A DNA stretch of 40,399 nucleotides. Origin: an uncultured bacterium (lineage in GTDB: Bacteria > J088). The DNA lies in assembly GCA_964617795.1 (NCBI GenBank), contig CAZUAB010000002.1:1-40399 (forward strand). The letters are read 5' to 3'. Under the pieces are notes generated by a model. That model was given only the letters and a program-made list of their open reading frames with translations. It searched no databases and was not told the origin of the DNA. A program made the position numbers and the translations under genes. Below are positions 17,769-26,988 of this stretch, one piece after another (position 1 is the first letter of the stretch; each line of letters opens with the position of its first letter).

Positions 17769-19307
17769 TCAGGAAGACTTGGGCGGCAAATCGAGCGCTC
17801 GCAGCTCGCGCGGCGCCTCACGATGCTGCGGGTCGAATTTGAGGACCTGCGCGAAGGCCGCACGGGCCCCAGCTGTGTCGCCGACGATCTTAAGCATCCG
17901 GCCGAGAAAGAACCAGCCCTCAGCGTGCTTTTTGGTCTGGCCCAAGGCTGTTCGTGTCGCTTCGATCGATTCTTTGGCCACCGGACCGGGCTGGCCGCCA
18001 GCCAGCACAAAACGACACCACGATGCGTAGATGTTGTATTCGGGTTCATCCGGGTGCATCTGGATGGCGGCCTCGAAATGCTTGATCGCCTCGTCGTAGC
18101 TACGACGCTTGACGAGGATCTGCCCTTTTTGAAACTCGACCTCACTGCGCAGAATTTCGCGCGCCCGCTCCAGCTCTTCTTCTTCCGACGTCCCACGCTC
18201 GATATAGCCGCGGTATGTGGCGCGCTTGGCATCATCGCGCAACTCGTCCCAAGCGCGGCTGATTAGCGCAAACAGCGCTTCGGCCGAGCGGTTGTGCGTA
18301 CGTGTGGCCGACTCGAAATAGCGATCCGGGTGGTATTTCTTGGCCAGCTTGAAATAGGCCCGCTTGATTTCAGACAGCTCGGCTGTGTGTGATACGCCCA
18401 GCACGTCGAACCAGCTTTGGCCTTTGAGCGCTTCGAGCCGGGCGTCGAGTTCGGGGTCACGACGACTGTTGTCCTGCGCGCGAACCTCTTCGGCGGGGAC
18501 GGCGGCGGCCGCCGCCGCCGAACGCGCGGCATTCGAGCCGTGGCCCGAAGGCTCGTCGAGGCGGATGGCTCCAAACTCCAGCAGCGTCCAGACGCCGGCC
18601 CAGAAGCGGAGTGCAGCCTGCGGGTCGCCCTTGGGCGTCAATTGGCCGATCGCGCGGCCTTGGCTGTCCAACAGCCGCGTTGCAACCTCGCGGGTTTGCG
18701 GTAGGTCAGCGAAATCACGGTCGAACCGGAACCACAGGGACTGCTGCACGTGCAGCGTCCAAGTGCTGCGTTCTTCGGCTGCCCGTCGTAGCGTATCGCT
18801 GTCGTAACGCAAGCGAACATACTCAAAAAAAACAGCCAGCGGGTTGATGCGAAATTCGGGGTAGGTGGCCGGGAGCTCGGAGGTCCATTCAAAGTCTCCG
18901 CTGGTCCAAGTGCACACATCAGCAAAGCGCATGGCCACTTGTTTTTGGAGCAGGGCGTCGACCTTGGCGGCCGGTACGCCGTGCTTTTTCATCAACTCGC
19001 CCTGCGGGCCCTGGCCGGCCTCGATCTCGGCGAGCACCGCCTGGTAGGCGGCCTCATCAATGATCCGGAACGAGAAGGCCAACCGCGTTAGCGTTTCTTG
19101 AATCTGGTTGCTTTTGGCACCGACCGGTCGCCCAGCCGCCACATAAAGTGCTTTGCGCAGGCCGTCCCGCCGGGCGGTCAAGGTCCCCGTGCGTGAGCCT
19201 GTCAGCAGGTCACGGATGACATCAATGCCCGGCTTGGCCTCGAAGCTGCCGGTCTCGGGCAATTCCCCCGTCACAACATCGTTCTTTTGGTACCGGTCTG
19301 AAGGCAA
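17769..19307 (-). CDS. J-domain (DnaJ-like) protein with N-terminal DUF4388-like domain and C-terminal TPR
   Basis: J domain WFDVLGVSHTAELSEIKRAYFKLAKKYHPDRY with the HPD motif. The N-terminus IDVIRDLLTGSRTGTLTARRDGLRKALYVAAGRPVGAKSN is DUF4388-like. The C-terminal TPR-like region is AIKHFEAAIQMHPDEPEY...FAQVLKFDPQHREA. The start is uncertain: TTG at 19307 or an in-frame GTG about 11 codons downstream. Confidence 0.75.
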   Translation of the reverse strand: MPSDRYQKNDVVTGELPETGSFEAKPGIDVIRDLLTGSRTGTLTARRDGLRKALYVAAGRPVGAKSNQIQETLTRLAFSFRIIDEAAYQAVLAEIEAGQGPQGELMKKHGVPAAKVDALLQKQVAMRFADVCTWTSGDFEWTSELPATYPEFRINPLAVFFEYVRLRYDSDTLRRAAEERSTWTLHVQQSLWFRFDRDFADLPQTREVATRLLDSQGRAIGQLTPKGDPQAALRFWAGVWTLLEFGAIRLDEPSGHGSNAARSAAAAAAVPAEEVRAQDNSRRDPELDARLEALKGQSWFDVLGVSHTAELSEIKRAYFKLAKKYHPDRYFESATRTHNRSAEALFALISRAWDELRDDAKRATYRGYIERGTSEEEELERAREILRSEVEFQKGQILVKRRSYDEAIKHFEAAIQMHPDEPEYNIYASWCRFVLAGGQPGPVAKESIEATRTALGQTKKHAEGWFFLGRMLKIVGDTAGARAAFAQVLKFDPQHREAPRELRALDLPPKSS

Positions 19308-19344
19308 ATTCTGGATCCGTTCCGCTTGGGCAACTAGGCGATGC

Positions 19345-22227
19345 CTATTCTATCAGGTCGGCTGCTACCGCCTCAAGGACCCTGTCGCGCGCCGCCCGCG
19401 TTTCAGTAGCTAGCTCCTCGATCAGCGATACCAGCATGCCTGAATCGGATAGGCCCAGTACGCGAGCAATGGCGCGGCGGCGCTCTTCATCGTCGGGTAA
19501 CCGTGATACCGGGCGGTCCATAAGCAGGCGCACGCGGCTTTCGAGCGTGCGAACGACCCACAGCGCTCGCCGCAGTAGCGGTGCCGTTTCGGCCCAAATG
19601 CCGCCCAGTTCATCGAATCCAACAAGAACATCCCAAGGGTTGCGCGCGCGTAGGCCGGGGATTCGCTGGCCGTACGCGAGTTGGGTCATCGCCAGTGTCA
19701 GGTCAAGATCCGCCATGCCGCCGGGCCCGGCCTTGAACGGCTCCTGTCGGCCGCGCTCCTGCTCCATGCGATCACGAATCCGCAGCATTTCGTCAAAATG
19801 CGCGCGGGTGAGGGGCGGTTCAAACAGAATGCGCGCAAGTTCGGCATCGAGCGCATCGCCGGCCGCGCCGCTGGTCAGCACCCGCCGCTTGAGTAGGGCG
19901 ACCCGCTCCCAGATCGCTGCTTGCCGTTCGTGGTAGGTGTGGAAGGCGGCAAAGGTTGTGACCAGCAATCCTTGATTGCCGCTCGGTCGCAGCCGCATAT
20001 CGACCTCGTAAAGCGAGCCGTCGCGTGTTTTCGTCTGCAGCAGGGTAATCATTTTCTGGCCCCAGCGGATGGCGGCCTCGATCGGCAGCACGCTACCTGG
20101 CCGCACGACGAAAATCAGATCAAGATCACTGCCATACCCGAACTCTCCGCTGCCCAGCTTGCCCAGGGCGATTGGCACGAGGTCGCCGATCATGTCGTCT
20201 GTCAACGACCAGCGTTCACGAATCTGTGCAAAGGCGTCGGCCCGTACGTCGGCCACCAATGCCACGGCCAGGTCGGTGAGTTGGGCCTGCACCTCGGTTA
20301 GCGAGATAATGCCGTTCAAGTCATGCCAGCCGACGCGCAAGGTTTCCTGCATACGCAGCCGCCGCAGTGCATCAAGCCGCTCTTCGCTGCCTGCGGCATG
20401 CTCGTGCGTGGCCTGTTCGACCAACGTGGTCAAGGCCGTGGCATCGCGGACCGGTACCGCATGCGAACGCAGCACCAAGGTATCCAGCAACTCAGGATGA
20501 CGCAAGAAAAAACGCCCCAGATAGAGTGAGCCGGCGAACAGGGTCGCGATTGCCCGAATCACATCGGGGTTTTCGCGCAGCAGTGCGTACAGGTACGAAC
20601 GGCCACCGACCCGCGGTACGAATTCCGAGAGCAAATTGAGCACTTGATCCGGATCCGCGCTCGTCACCGCCGACTCGATCAGCAGTGGCAAGATGCGCTC
20701 AAATTGCTCGCGACTGCGCGCGCCGTAGGTGCTGGCACGCGGACCGTCGATCAGACGCTGCAGGTGGGCGGCGGCTTCGTCAGGATGCCGAAAACCCAAC
20801 ACGCGCAGTCGCTCGCCGCGTTCTTCTTTTAAAATACCCTCGTCTTCGATCAACTCGAACACCGCAGTTCGGGTCGGTGCGTGGCCATCGCCTTTGCGGC
20901 GGTAGAGATTGTCGAATTCCTCCTGCACGACCCGGCGTACGGATTCCAAACGGTTACTCAGGGCCGCAGCGGGGGATGGATCTACAGAAAACCCACAAGC
21001 CCGTGCCAGTTCAAGCCGCTCGTCTTCGACGGGTAGAAGCTGAGTTTGCCGATCGTCGCGTGACTGCAGGACATTTTCGACGTGGCGCAGGAAACGGTAG
21101 GCCTCGGACAATGCGTCGCCGATATTCGGCGGCATAATGCCCTGCGCCGCCAACTCTCGCAGAGCCGGTAGGGTTCCTCGTACTTGCAGTGACGGTTCAC
21201 GTCCGCCAAAGATGATCTGCAAGTTTTGGACGAGAAATTCCAGCTCACGGATCCCGCCACCGCCCAACTTGATGTCGAAACCGCGCCGTTGCCGCCGTGC
21301 CGCCTCGCGGTCAATCTTGTCTTTTATCTCCCGCATGGCCTCCAGCGACTCAAAGTCGAGGTGCCGCGGATAGATGTGGTCGTGCAAGGCGCCGAGCAAC
21401 CGATCTCCGAGGGCCCGATCTCCGCCGACGGGGCGCGCACGCAGCAGGGCAATGCGTTCCCAATTGGAGCTCCAGCTACGGTAATACTCGACGAAGGCAT
21501 CGGCGCCGGGCACGAGAACGCCGCGTGTGCCATCGGGGCGCAGGCGCGTATCGACCCGGTAGACGAAGCCGGCATCCGTATGGTCATCGAGCAGGCCGAT
21601 CAAGCCTTGGGCAAGGCGTGTCAGGAAGCTACTCGCATCGAGTGACCCTTCGGGGCCGCCCGCCGTCTCGCCGGTCGTCCGTGCGGCGACAAAAACCAAG
21701 TCCACATCCGACGAAAAATTGAGCTCACGCGAGCCCAATTTGCCAAAGCCGAGCACCGTAAAACCGATCGGTGTGCCGCCCTCATCCAAAAGGTCACCCC
21801 AGCGCAGACAGAGGCGCTTACGGGCGATTCCCACGGCCGTATCGATCAGCGTCTCTGCCACGTCGGAAAGGGTCTGCCAGACCTGGTCAGGGCTCCATAG
21901 CCCGGACAATTGGGCCAGTGCGATGCGGGCCTGTGCTAGGTTGCGGCGGCGCCGCAAATCCGTTTCGGCATCCAGGGATGCATCGGCTATCGCAACGGCC
22001 TGCAGCACCGCCGCCGGCCCGTCGGCGAGCAAGGCACGTGTGCCGCGCGCAACGAGATCGGGGAACACCGCCGTCTGGCGCGGCAAGAAGCTGCCCCAGC
22101 CCAAGGCCAGGGCGAGTAGCTCGGGATCGGGGTCGGCAGGAAGCGGGATGCTGTCAAGCCCTCCAAGCCGGGCCGGATCCGGCGCGTAGCGCGCGAAGGC
22201 ATCCGCGAAGGTCCTCGCGTGGCTCAA
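19345..22227 (-). CDS. glnE: bifunctional glutamine synthetase adenylyltransferase / adenylyl-removing enzyme
   Basis: 960 aa with two nucleotidyltransferase repeats, GFGKLGSRELNFSSDVDLVFV and ALGKLGSGEFGYGSDLDLIFV, each followed by a GlnE-type helical domain. The TTG start at 22227 is embedded in a TTGA overlap with the mtnA stop. Confidence 0.93.
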   Translation of the reverse strand: MSHARTFADAFARYAPDPARLGGLDSIPLPADPDPELLALALGWGSFLPRQTAVFPDLVARGTRALLADGPAAVLQAVAIADASLDAETDLRRRRNLAQARIALAQLSGLWSPDQVWQTLSDVAETLIDTAVGIARKRLCLRWGDLLDEGGTPIGFTVLGFGKLGSRELNFSSDVDLVFVAARTTGETAGGPEGSLDASSFLTRLAQGLIGLLDDHTDAGFVYRVDTRLRPDGTRGVLVPGADAFVEYYRSWSSNWERIALLRARPVGGDRALGDRLLGALHDHIYPRHLDFESLEAMREIKDKIDREAARRQRRGFDIKLGGGGIRELEFLVQNLQIIFGGREPSLQVRGTLPALRELAAQGIMPPNIGDALSEAYRFLRHVENVLQSRDDRQTQLLPVEDERLELARACGFSVDPSPAAALSNRLESVRRVVQEEFDNLYRRKGDGHAPTRTAVFELIEDEGILKEERGERLRVLGFRHPDEAAAHLQRLIDGPRASTYGARSREQFERILPLLIESAVTSADPDQVLNLLSEFVPRVGGRSYLYALLRENPDVIRAIATLFAGSLYLGRFFLRHPELLDTLVLRSHAVPVRDATALTTLVEQATHEHAAGSEERLDALRRLRMQETLRVGWHDLNGIISLTEVQAQLTDLAVALVADVRADAFAQIRERWSLTDDMIGDLVPIALGKLGSGEFGYGSDLDLIFVVRPGSVLPIEAAIRWGQKMITLLQTKTRDGSLYEVDMRLRPSGNQGLLVTTFAAFHTYHERQAAIWERVALLKRRVLTSGAAGDALDAELARILFEPPLTRAHFDEMLRIRDRMEQERGRQEPFKAGPGGMADLDLTLAMTQLAYGQRIPGLRARNPWDVLVGFDELGGIWAETAPLLRRALWVVRTLESRVRLLMDRPVSRLPDDEERRRAIARVLGLSDSGMLVSLIEELATETRAARDRVLEAVAADLIE

Positions 22228-23255
22228 TCAGAGCTCCTGGCAAAGGCGGCCAAGGCGGCAGCATCGCCGCCACGAATACGGGCTCCGTCCAGAATAAGCG
22301 CGGTGATCAGATCGGGTGGCGTTACGTCGAAAGCCGGGTTCCAGACCAGGACGCCCGCGGCAGCAATCCGTCGCCCATGGACGTGGGTAAGCTCCTCGGC
22401 GGCGCGCTCTTCGATCGGTATCGCGGCGCCGTTCGGGCAGGCGAGGTCGACTGTCGAGCGCGGCGCGGCAACATAGAAGGGCACGCCGTGGCGGTTTGCC
22501 AGGACGGCCAGCGGGTAGGTGCCGATCTTATTGGCCACGGCGCCGTCTGCTGCGATGCGGTCGGCGCCGACAACCACGACGTCCACCAAGCCGGTGGCCA
22601 GCGCCGCACCGGCGGCGGCGTCCGGCAGCAAATGCACCGGGATGCCGTCGGCGAGAAGCTCCCAAGCGGTCAGGCGTGCGCCCTGCCAGTACGGCCGTGT
22701 TTCGTTGGCCAGTACATGAGCCAACCGGCCTTCGGCGGCCAATTGCCGCACGACACCGAGCGCTGTTCCCCAGCCGGCTGTGGCCAGCGCGCCGGCATTG
22801 CAGTGTGTAAGAACACGCAGGCCGTTCCCCAAAATCGCGGCGGCGCCCGTATTACCGATGTGTCGGCACATGGCAAGATCTTCGGCTTCGATCGCTGCGG
22901 CCTCGGCACAAAGAGCGGCGGCCAGCTCGGCAGGCGTACCGCAATGGGCCGTGCGCACGGCGCCCATTCGCCCGATCGCCCAAGCCAGATTGACAGCGGT
23001 TGGGCGGCTGGCGGCCAGTTGCGCCGTCGCTGTCTCCCAGGCTGCGGTCTCGGCGGCCCGCTCGCCGAGTAGCGCTAGACCCCAAGCCGCGGTGATACCG
23101 ATGGCCGGCGCACCGCGTACAACCATGTCAGCAATGGCCACTGCGGCGTCCTCGGGGGTCGCCAGCGGGATCCAGCGTTCTTGTTCGGGCAATGCGCGCT
23201 GGTCAAGCAGTTCGCAGCGGGCACCGATGCGCCGCAGCGGGTGAATCCGGCTCAA
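22224..23255 (-). CDS. mtnA: S-methyl-5-thioribose-1-phosphate isomerase
   Basis: eIF-2B-like family with LLDQRALPEQERW, VRGAPAIGITAAWG, LTHCNAGALAT and VVVGADRIAADGAVANKIGTY. The TTG start at 23255 overlaps the gatB stop (TTGA). Confidence 0.88.
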   Translation of the reverse strand: MSRIHPLRRIGARCELLDQRALPEQERWIPLATPEDAAVAIADMVVRGAPAIGITAAWGLALLGERAAETAAWETATAQLAASRPTAVNLAWAIGRMGAVRTAHCGTPAELAAALCAEAAAIEAEDLAMCRHIGNTGAAAILGNGLRVLTHCNAGALATAGWGTALGVVRQLAAEGRLAHVLANETRPYWQGARLTAWELLADGIPVHLLPDAAAGAALATGLVDVVVVGADRIAADGAVANKIGTYPLAVLANRHGVPFYVAAPRSTVDLACPNGAAIPIEERAAEELTHVHGRRIAAAGVLVWNPAFDVTPPDLITALILDGARIRGGDAAALAAFARSSD

Positions 23256-24667
23256 CCCAGCTTCTCGATCAGTAGGGTGCGGGCAATTTCGGCGCTGGCC
23301 TTGCCGCCAGTGGCCTTCATCAGCTGCCCCATGAAGAAGCCTTGCAGCTTATGGTCACCGCCGCGCCAGCGCTGAACCTCGGCCGGATGCGCAGCCAGAA
23401 TGCCGTCAATGATCGCCCCCAACTCGCCCGCATCGGCAACGGGGGCGAGCCTTTCGCGTGCGATAATCGCCTCGGGGGTGTCCTCGCTGGCAAGCATATA
23501 CTCGAATACGCGCCGTGCCACGTTGCCGGGGATTGCGCCGTCGGCGATTAACCGCAGCAGGGCCGCCAGTCGCGGGGCAGAGACCGGCAGGCGGCCGCCG
23601 TCAGCGTGACGCAGAACGTCGTTGAGCAGCCAGTTGGCCGCCTGGCGCGGCTCGGCGCCGGCGCCCACGGTTTCCTCAAAGTAGTCGACGAGTGCGGGGT
23701 CAGCCGCGATCTGAGCCGCATCCGCTGGCGGCAACGAGTATGTGCCCACATAGCGTGCGCGCCGGGCTGCAGGTAGCTCGGGCAGGGCGGTGCGGGCTGC
23801 TGCGATGGCGTCTTCGTTCAGTACCAGCGGCGGCAGGTCGGGGTCGGGGAAATAGCGATAGTCGTGCGCCTCTTCCTTTGACCGCATCGACACAGTGCGT
23901 CCGGCGGCAGCGTCCCAAAGGCGCGTCTCTTGCACGACACGCCCGCCACTTTCAATGACCGCGATTTGCCGCTCGATTTCCCAGGCAATCGCTTTTTCGA
24001 CAAAGCGGAAACTGTTGAGATTCTTGACCTCCGCCTTGGTCCCAAGGCGCGTCTCGCCGTGCGGTCGCACGCTGACGTTCGCGTCACAGCGGAAGTTGCC
24101 CTTGTCCATGTCGGCATCGCTGACCCCGAGCGCACGGATAATGGCGTGTAGTTCGCGCAGGTACGCGCCGGCATCCGCAGGGCTGCGCATGTCGGGTTCG
24201 CTGACGATCTCGACCAGCGGTGAGCCGGCCCGGTTGAAATCGAGCAGACTATAAGGCTCCTGCGCACCACCATGGACACTCTTGCCGGCGTCTTCTTCCA
24301 TGTGGATGCGCGTGATGCCGAAGCGTCGCGACTGCCCGTCGACATCGACCGTCAATTCACCATGCTCGGCGTAGGGCTCCTCGTACTGTGAGATCTGGTA
24401 GCCCTTCGGCAGGTCCGGATAAAAATACTGCTTGCGGGCAAACACGCTGCGGGTGTGGATCGTGCAGCCGAGTGCCAGCGCCGTGCGTACGGCCAAATCG
24501 ACCGCCTCGGCATTGAGGACCGGCAGTACGCCTGGCTGCCCCGTGCAGATCGGGCACACGTTGGTATTCGGTCCGTCGCCAAAGCGGTTGGGGCAGCCGC
24601 AAAAAATCTTGCTGCGTGTGCCCAGTTGCACATGGACTTCGAGCCCGATGACGGCTTCCCAGCTCAC
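23252..24667 (-). CDS. gatB: Asp-tRNA(Asn)/Glu-tRNA(Gln) amidotransferase subunit B
   Basis: MSWEAVIGLEVHVQLGTRSKIFCGC..., NRAGSPLVEIVSEPD and a C-terminal YqeY-like tail. The GTG start overlaps the gatA stop (GTGA). Confidence 0.96.
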   Translation of the reverse strand: MSWEAVIGLEVHVQLGTRSKIFCGCPNRFGDGPNTNVCPICTGQPGVLPVLNAEAVDLAVRTALALGCTIHTRSVFARKQYFYPDLPKGYQISQYEEPYAEHGELTVDVDGQSRRFGITRIHMEEDAGKSVHGGAQEPYSLLDFNRAGSPLVEIVSEPDMRSPADAGAYLRELHAIIRALGVSDADMDKGNFRCDANVSVRPHGETRLGTKAEVKNLNSFRFVEKAIAWEIERQIAVIESGGRVVQETRLWDAAAGRTVSMRSKEEAHDYRYFPDPDLPPLVLNEDAIAAARTALPELPAARRARYVGTYSLPPADAAQIAADPALVDYFEETVGAGAEPRQAANWLLNDVLRHADGGRLPVSAPRLAALLRLIADGAIPGNVARRVFEYMLASEDTPEAIIARERLAPVADAGELGAIIDGILAAHPAEVQRWRGGDHKLQGFFMGQLMKATGGKASAEIARTLLIEKLG

Positions 24668-26133
24668 AGCGGCAGCCCTTCACGGACCAAGGGAGGTCGC
24701 CGGCGGTGCCAGTCGCTGTCTTGCTGGTAGGCGTGCACGGTACCGAGCAGCAAGTCCTCGCGGAAGGCCGGCGCCATCAGTTGGGCGCCAATCGGCAGGC
24801 CTGCGGCGTCGAAGCCGCAGGGGAAGCCGATGCCGGGGATCCCCGCCAGATTGCAGGCATTCGTATAGACGTCGGAAAGATACATTTGGAGCGGATCGGC
24901 CAGGCGCTCGCCGAGCCGGAACGCCGTGGTCGGTGACGTCGGCGTCAGGATCAGATCCACCTTGGCAAACGCCGCATCGAAATCTTCGCGGATTCGAGTG
25001 CGCGCCCGCTGCGCCTTGCCGTAATAGGCATCGTAGTAGCCACTCGACAGCGCAAAGACGCCAAGCATGATGCGCCGCTTGACCTCGGCGCCGAAGCCCT
25101 CGCCGCGACTGTGCGCGTAGGTGTCGGCAAGGCCCCGAACATCGGCGGCGCGGTGTCCATAGCGGATGCCGTCGAACCGGGCCAGATTGCTTGAGGCCTC
25201 AGCCGTGGCGATCAGATAGTAGACGGCAGTGGAAAAACGGGTATGCGGCAGGTCGATCGGGACAAGCGCTGCGCCGCGATCTTTCAGCCAAGCGGCCAGC
25301 GCCTCGACGGCGGCGCGTACCTCGGCATTGAGGCCTTCGCCGTCGAAATACTCTCGCGGCAGCCCAATGCGCAAGTTGCGTGCCGGCTCACCCAGCAATT
25401 TTTCGGCAGGCCGCGAGCGGTGCGGCGCCGAGGTTGCATCCAGCGCGTCGTGGCCGGTGATTGCCGCGTACAACCAAGCACAATCCTCAGCACTGCGGGC
25501 CATGGGCCCGACTTGGTCGAGGCTCGAGGCGAATGCGATCACGCCGCGACGCGAGACGGCGCCGTAGGTCGGCTTGAGGCCTGTGATGCCGCAAAATGCC
25601 GCTGGCTGGCGAATCGAGCCACCAGTGTCGGTACCGAGTGTGCCCGGCGTCTGACGGGCCGCCACGGCAGCGGCCGAGCCGCCGCTCGAACCGCCTGGTG
25701 TGCGATCCAAATCCCAAGGGTTGCGTACGGGGCCCCACGCGCTCGTCTCGTTGGAGCTGCCCATCGCGAACTCATCCATGTTCAGCTTGCCGAAGAAGAC
25801 GGCGCCGGCCTTGCGCAGCCCTGCTACGGCATGCGCTTCAAAGGGCGGTTGGTAGCCGGCAAGGATGCGCGATCCGCAGGTTGTCGGAAAGCCGTCCACG
25901 TGCAGGATGTCTTTGATGGCCAACGGGACGCCGTGCAGCGGACCGGACGGCGCTGCGGTCAAATCACGGCGCGCACGATCAAGGTCAAGTGCGACAAACG
26001 CACCTGTCTGCTCGGCGCCTTGCTGTAGCCAGCCGTCGAGCGCGTCAATCGTCTCAAGCGGATTGATGTCCCCGCAGGCAATGCCGCGGGCCAAGTCCGC
26101 GACGCCCAGTTCCAGCAAATCGGCATTCTTCAT
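24664..26133 (-). CDS. gatA: Asp-tRNA(Asn)/Glu-tRNA(Gln) amidotransferase subunit A
   Basis: Amidase signature GGSSGGSAAAVAARQ...GTDTGGSIRQPAAFCG, 489 aa. The ATG overlaps the gatC stop (ATGA). Confidence 0.96.
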   Translation of the reverse strand: MKNADLLELGVADLARGIACGDINPLETIDALDGWLQQGAEQTGAFVALDLDRARRDLTAAPSGPLHGVPLAIKDILHVDGFPTTCGSRILAGYQPPFEAHAVAGLRKAGAVFFGKLNMDEFAMGSSNETSAWGPVRNPWDLDRTPGGSSGGSAAAVAARQTPGTLGTDTGGSIRQPAAFCGITGLKPTYGAVSRRGVIAFASSLDQVGPMARSAEDCAWLYAAITGHDALDATSAPHRSRPAEKLLGEPARNLRIGLPREYFDGEGLNAEVRAAVEALAAWLKDRGAALVPIDLPHTRFSTAVYYLIATAEASSNLARFDGIRYGHRAADVRGLADTYAHSRGEGFGAEVKRRIMLGVFALSSGYYDAYYGKAQRARTRIREDFDAAFAKVDLILTPTSPTTAFRLGERLADPLQMYLSDVYTNACNLAGIPGIGFPCGFDAAGLPIGAQLMAPAFREDLLLGTVHAYQQDSDWHRRRPPLVREGLPL

Positions 26134-26435
26134 TCGTCGTCGCCACCAAGGATACGCGGTACGCGAAAGTAGCCATCGTGCGGGTCGGGCGCGTTGGCGC
26201 CGAGCACGGCAAAGCCGGCCGGCGTATGCGTATTGTCGGGACGTAGCGACATGGCGTCGAGAAACGGGTGGGCGGTTGGCGCTACGTCCACCAGATCCAA
26301 CTCATCGAGTACACCGACATAGGCAACGATGGCCGCCAAGTCGCGGCCGAGCGAATCAACCTCGGTGTCATCGAGCGTCAGGCGAGCCAGGCGGGCAATG
26401 CCCCGGACGCGCTCGGCATCAACCGCGTTCGTCAT
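26130..26435 (-). CDS. gatC: Asp-tRNA(Asn)/Glu-tRNA(Gln) amidotransferase subunit C
   Basis: In-frame ATG at 26435 within ORF 26130..26606 gives MTNAVDAERVRGIARLARLTLDDTEVDSLGRDLAAIVAYVGVLDELD..., a typical ~100-aa GatC. Confidence 0.9.
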   Translation of the reverse strand: MTNAVDAERVRGIARLARLTLDDTEVDSLGRDLAAIVAYVGVLDELDLVDVAPTAHPFLDAMSLRPDNTHTPAGFAVLGANAPDPHDGYFRVPRILGGDDE

Positions 26436-26799
26436 TGTCCTTGAGTACCTCGCGAAGGACCGGATCCTGGGGTGCCCGCCCGATTGTAAACATGCGACGG
26501 ACCTCGTCCGCCATGCGAGCCAGAACGCTCTCCCGATGCCCCAGCAGCATCTCGAGCTCACCGGCGTCAAAGCCGACGTAGCCGCAGGCATCGCAGGTGT
26601 CGACAATCACATGACGCAGAAGCGTTTCGTGCATTTGGCTCCCGCATTTTGGGCAGCGCATCCAGTGCTCGGCGCGGGCGTGGTCGCCGCGTCGGGTTTC
26701 GCGCTGAGCGTCGAGTTGCTTGCGCAGCCGCGCCAACCGTTCAAGTTCCTCACGTTGAAAGTACTCTTCCTCGGCGCTCGACGGCTTTTTCATCGTCAC
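26419..26799 (-). CDS. zinc-ribbon protein (zf-TFIIB-like, CxxC...CxxC)
   Basis: ...MKKPSSAEEEYFQREELERLARL... followed by CPKCGSQMHETLLRHVIVDTCDACGYVGFDAGELEMLL (CPxCg...id.C..CgG.wfD.gEl). The start is taken as GTG 26799 (AAGGAG 8 nt upstream), with an ATG two codons later at 26793. The 3' end overlaps the gatC start by 17 nt. Confidence 0.65.
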   Translation of the reverse strand: MTMKKPSSAEEEYFQREELERLARLRKQLDAQRETRRGDHARAEHWMRCPKCGSQMHETLLRHVIVDTCDACGYVGFDAGELEMLLGHRESVLARMADEVRRMFTIGRAPQDPVLREVLKDNDERG

Positions 26800-26852
26800 G
26801 GGTAGGGCTCCTTGGCATAGCGTTTGAGTGGCGTGGCAGGCGGACCGACCTC

Positions 26853-26878
26853 GGTGCACACACGTGTCATTTTGCACC
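26853..26878. promoter_or_regulatory. inverted repeat GGTGCA-N14-TGCACC enclosing palindrome ACACGTGT, in the divergent control region
   Basis: ggtgca at 26853-26858, tgcacc at 26873-26878 and acacgtgt at 26860-26867. On the minus strand a TACAAT hexamer (26890-26885) lies just upstream. That places the repeat near +1 of a possible zf-gatCAB transcript. Pattern only. Confidence 0.3.
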
Positions 26879-26988
26879 TCGGACATTGTACATGATGGCA
26901 CGCCGTCGGCCACTCCGCTTGGCGGACAACCAGAGCCGGCTTTGACAACCGCGGGGGGTTATGAAAAGATACTGGCGCGGAGGAGTTC

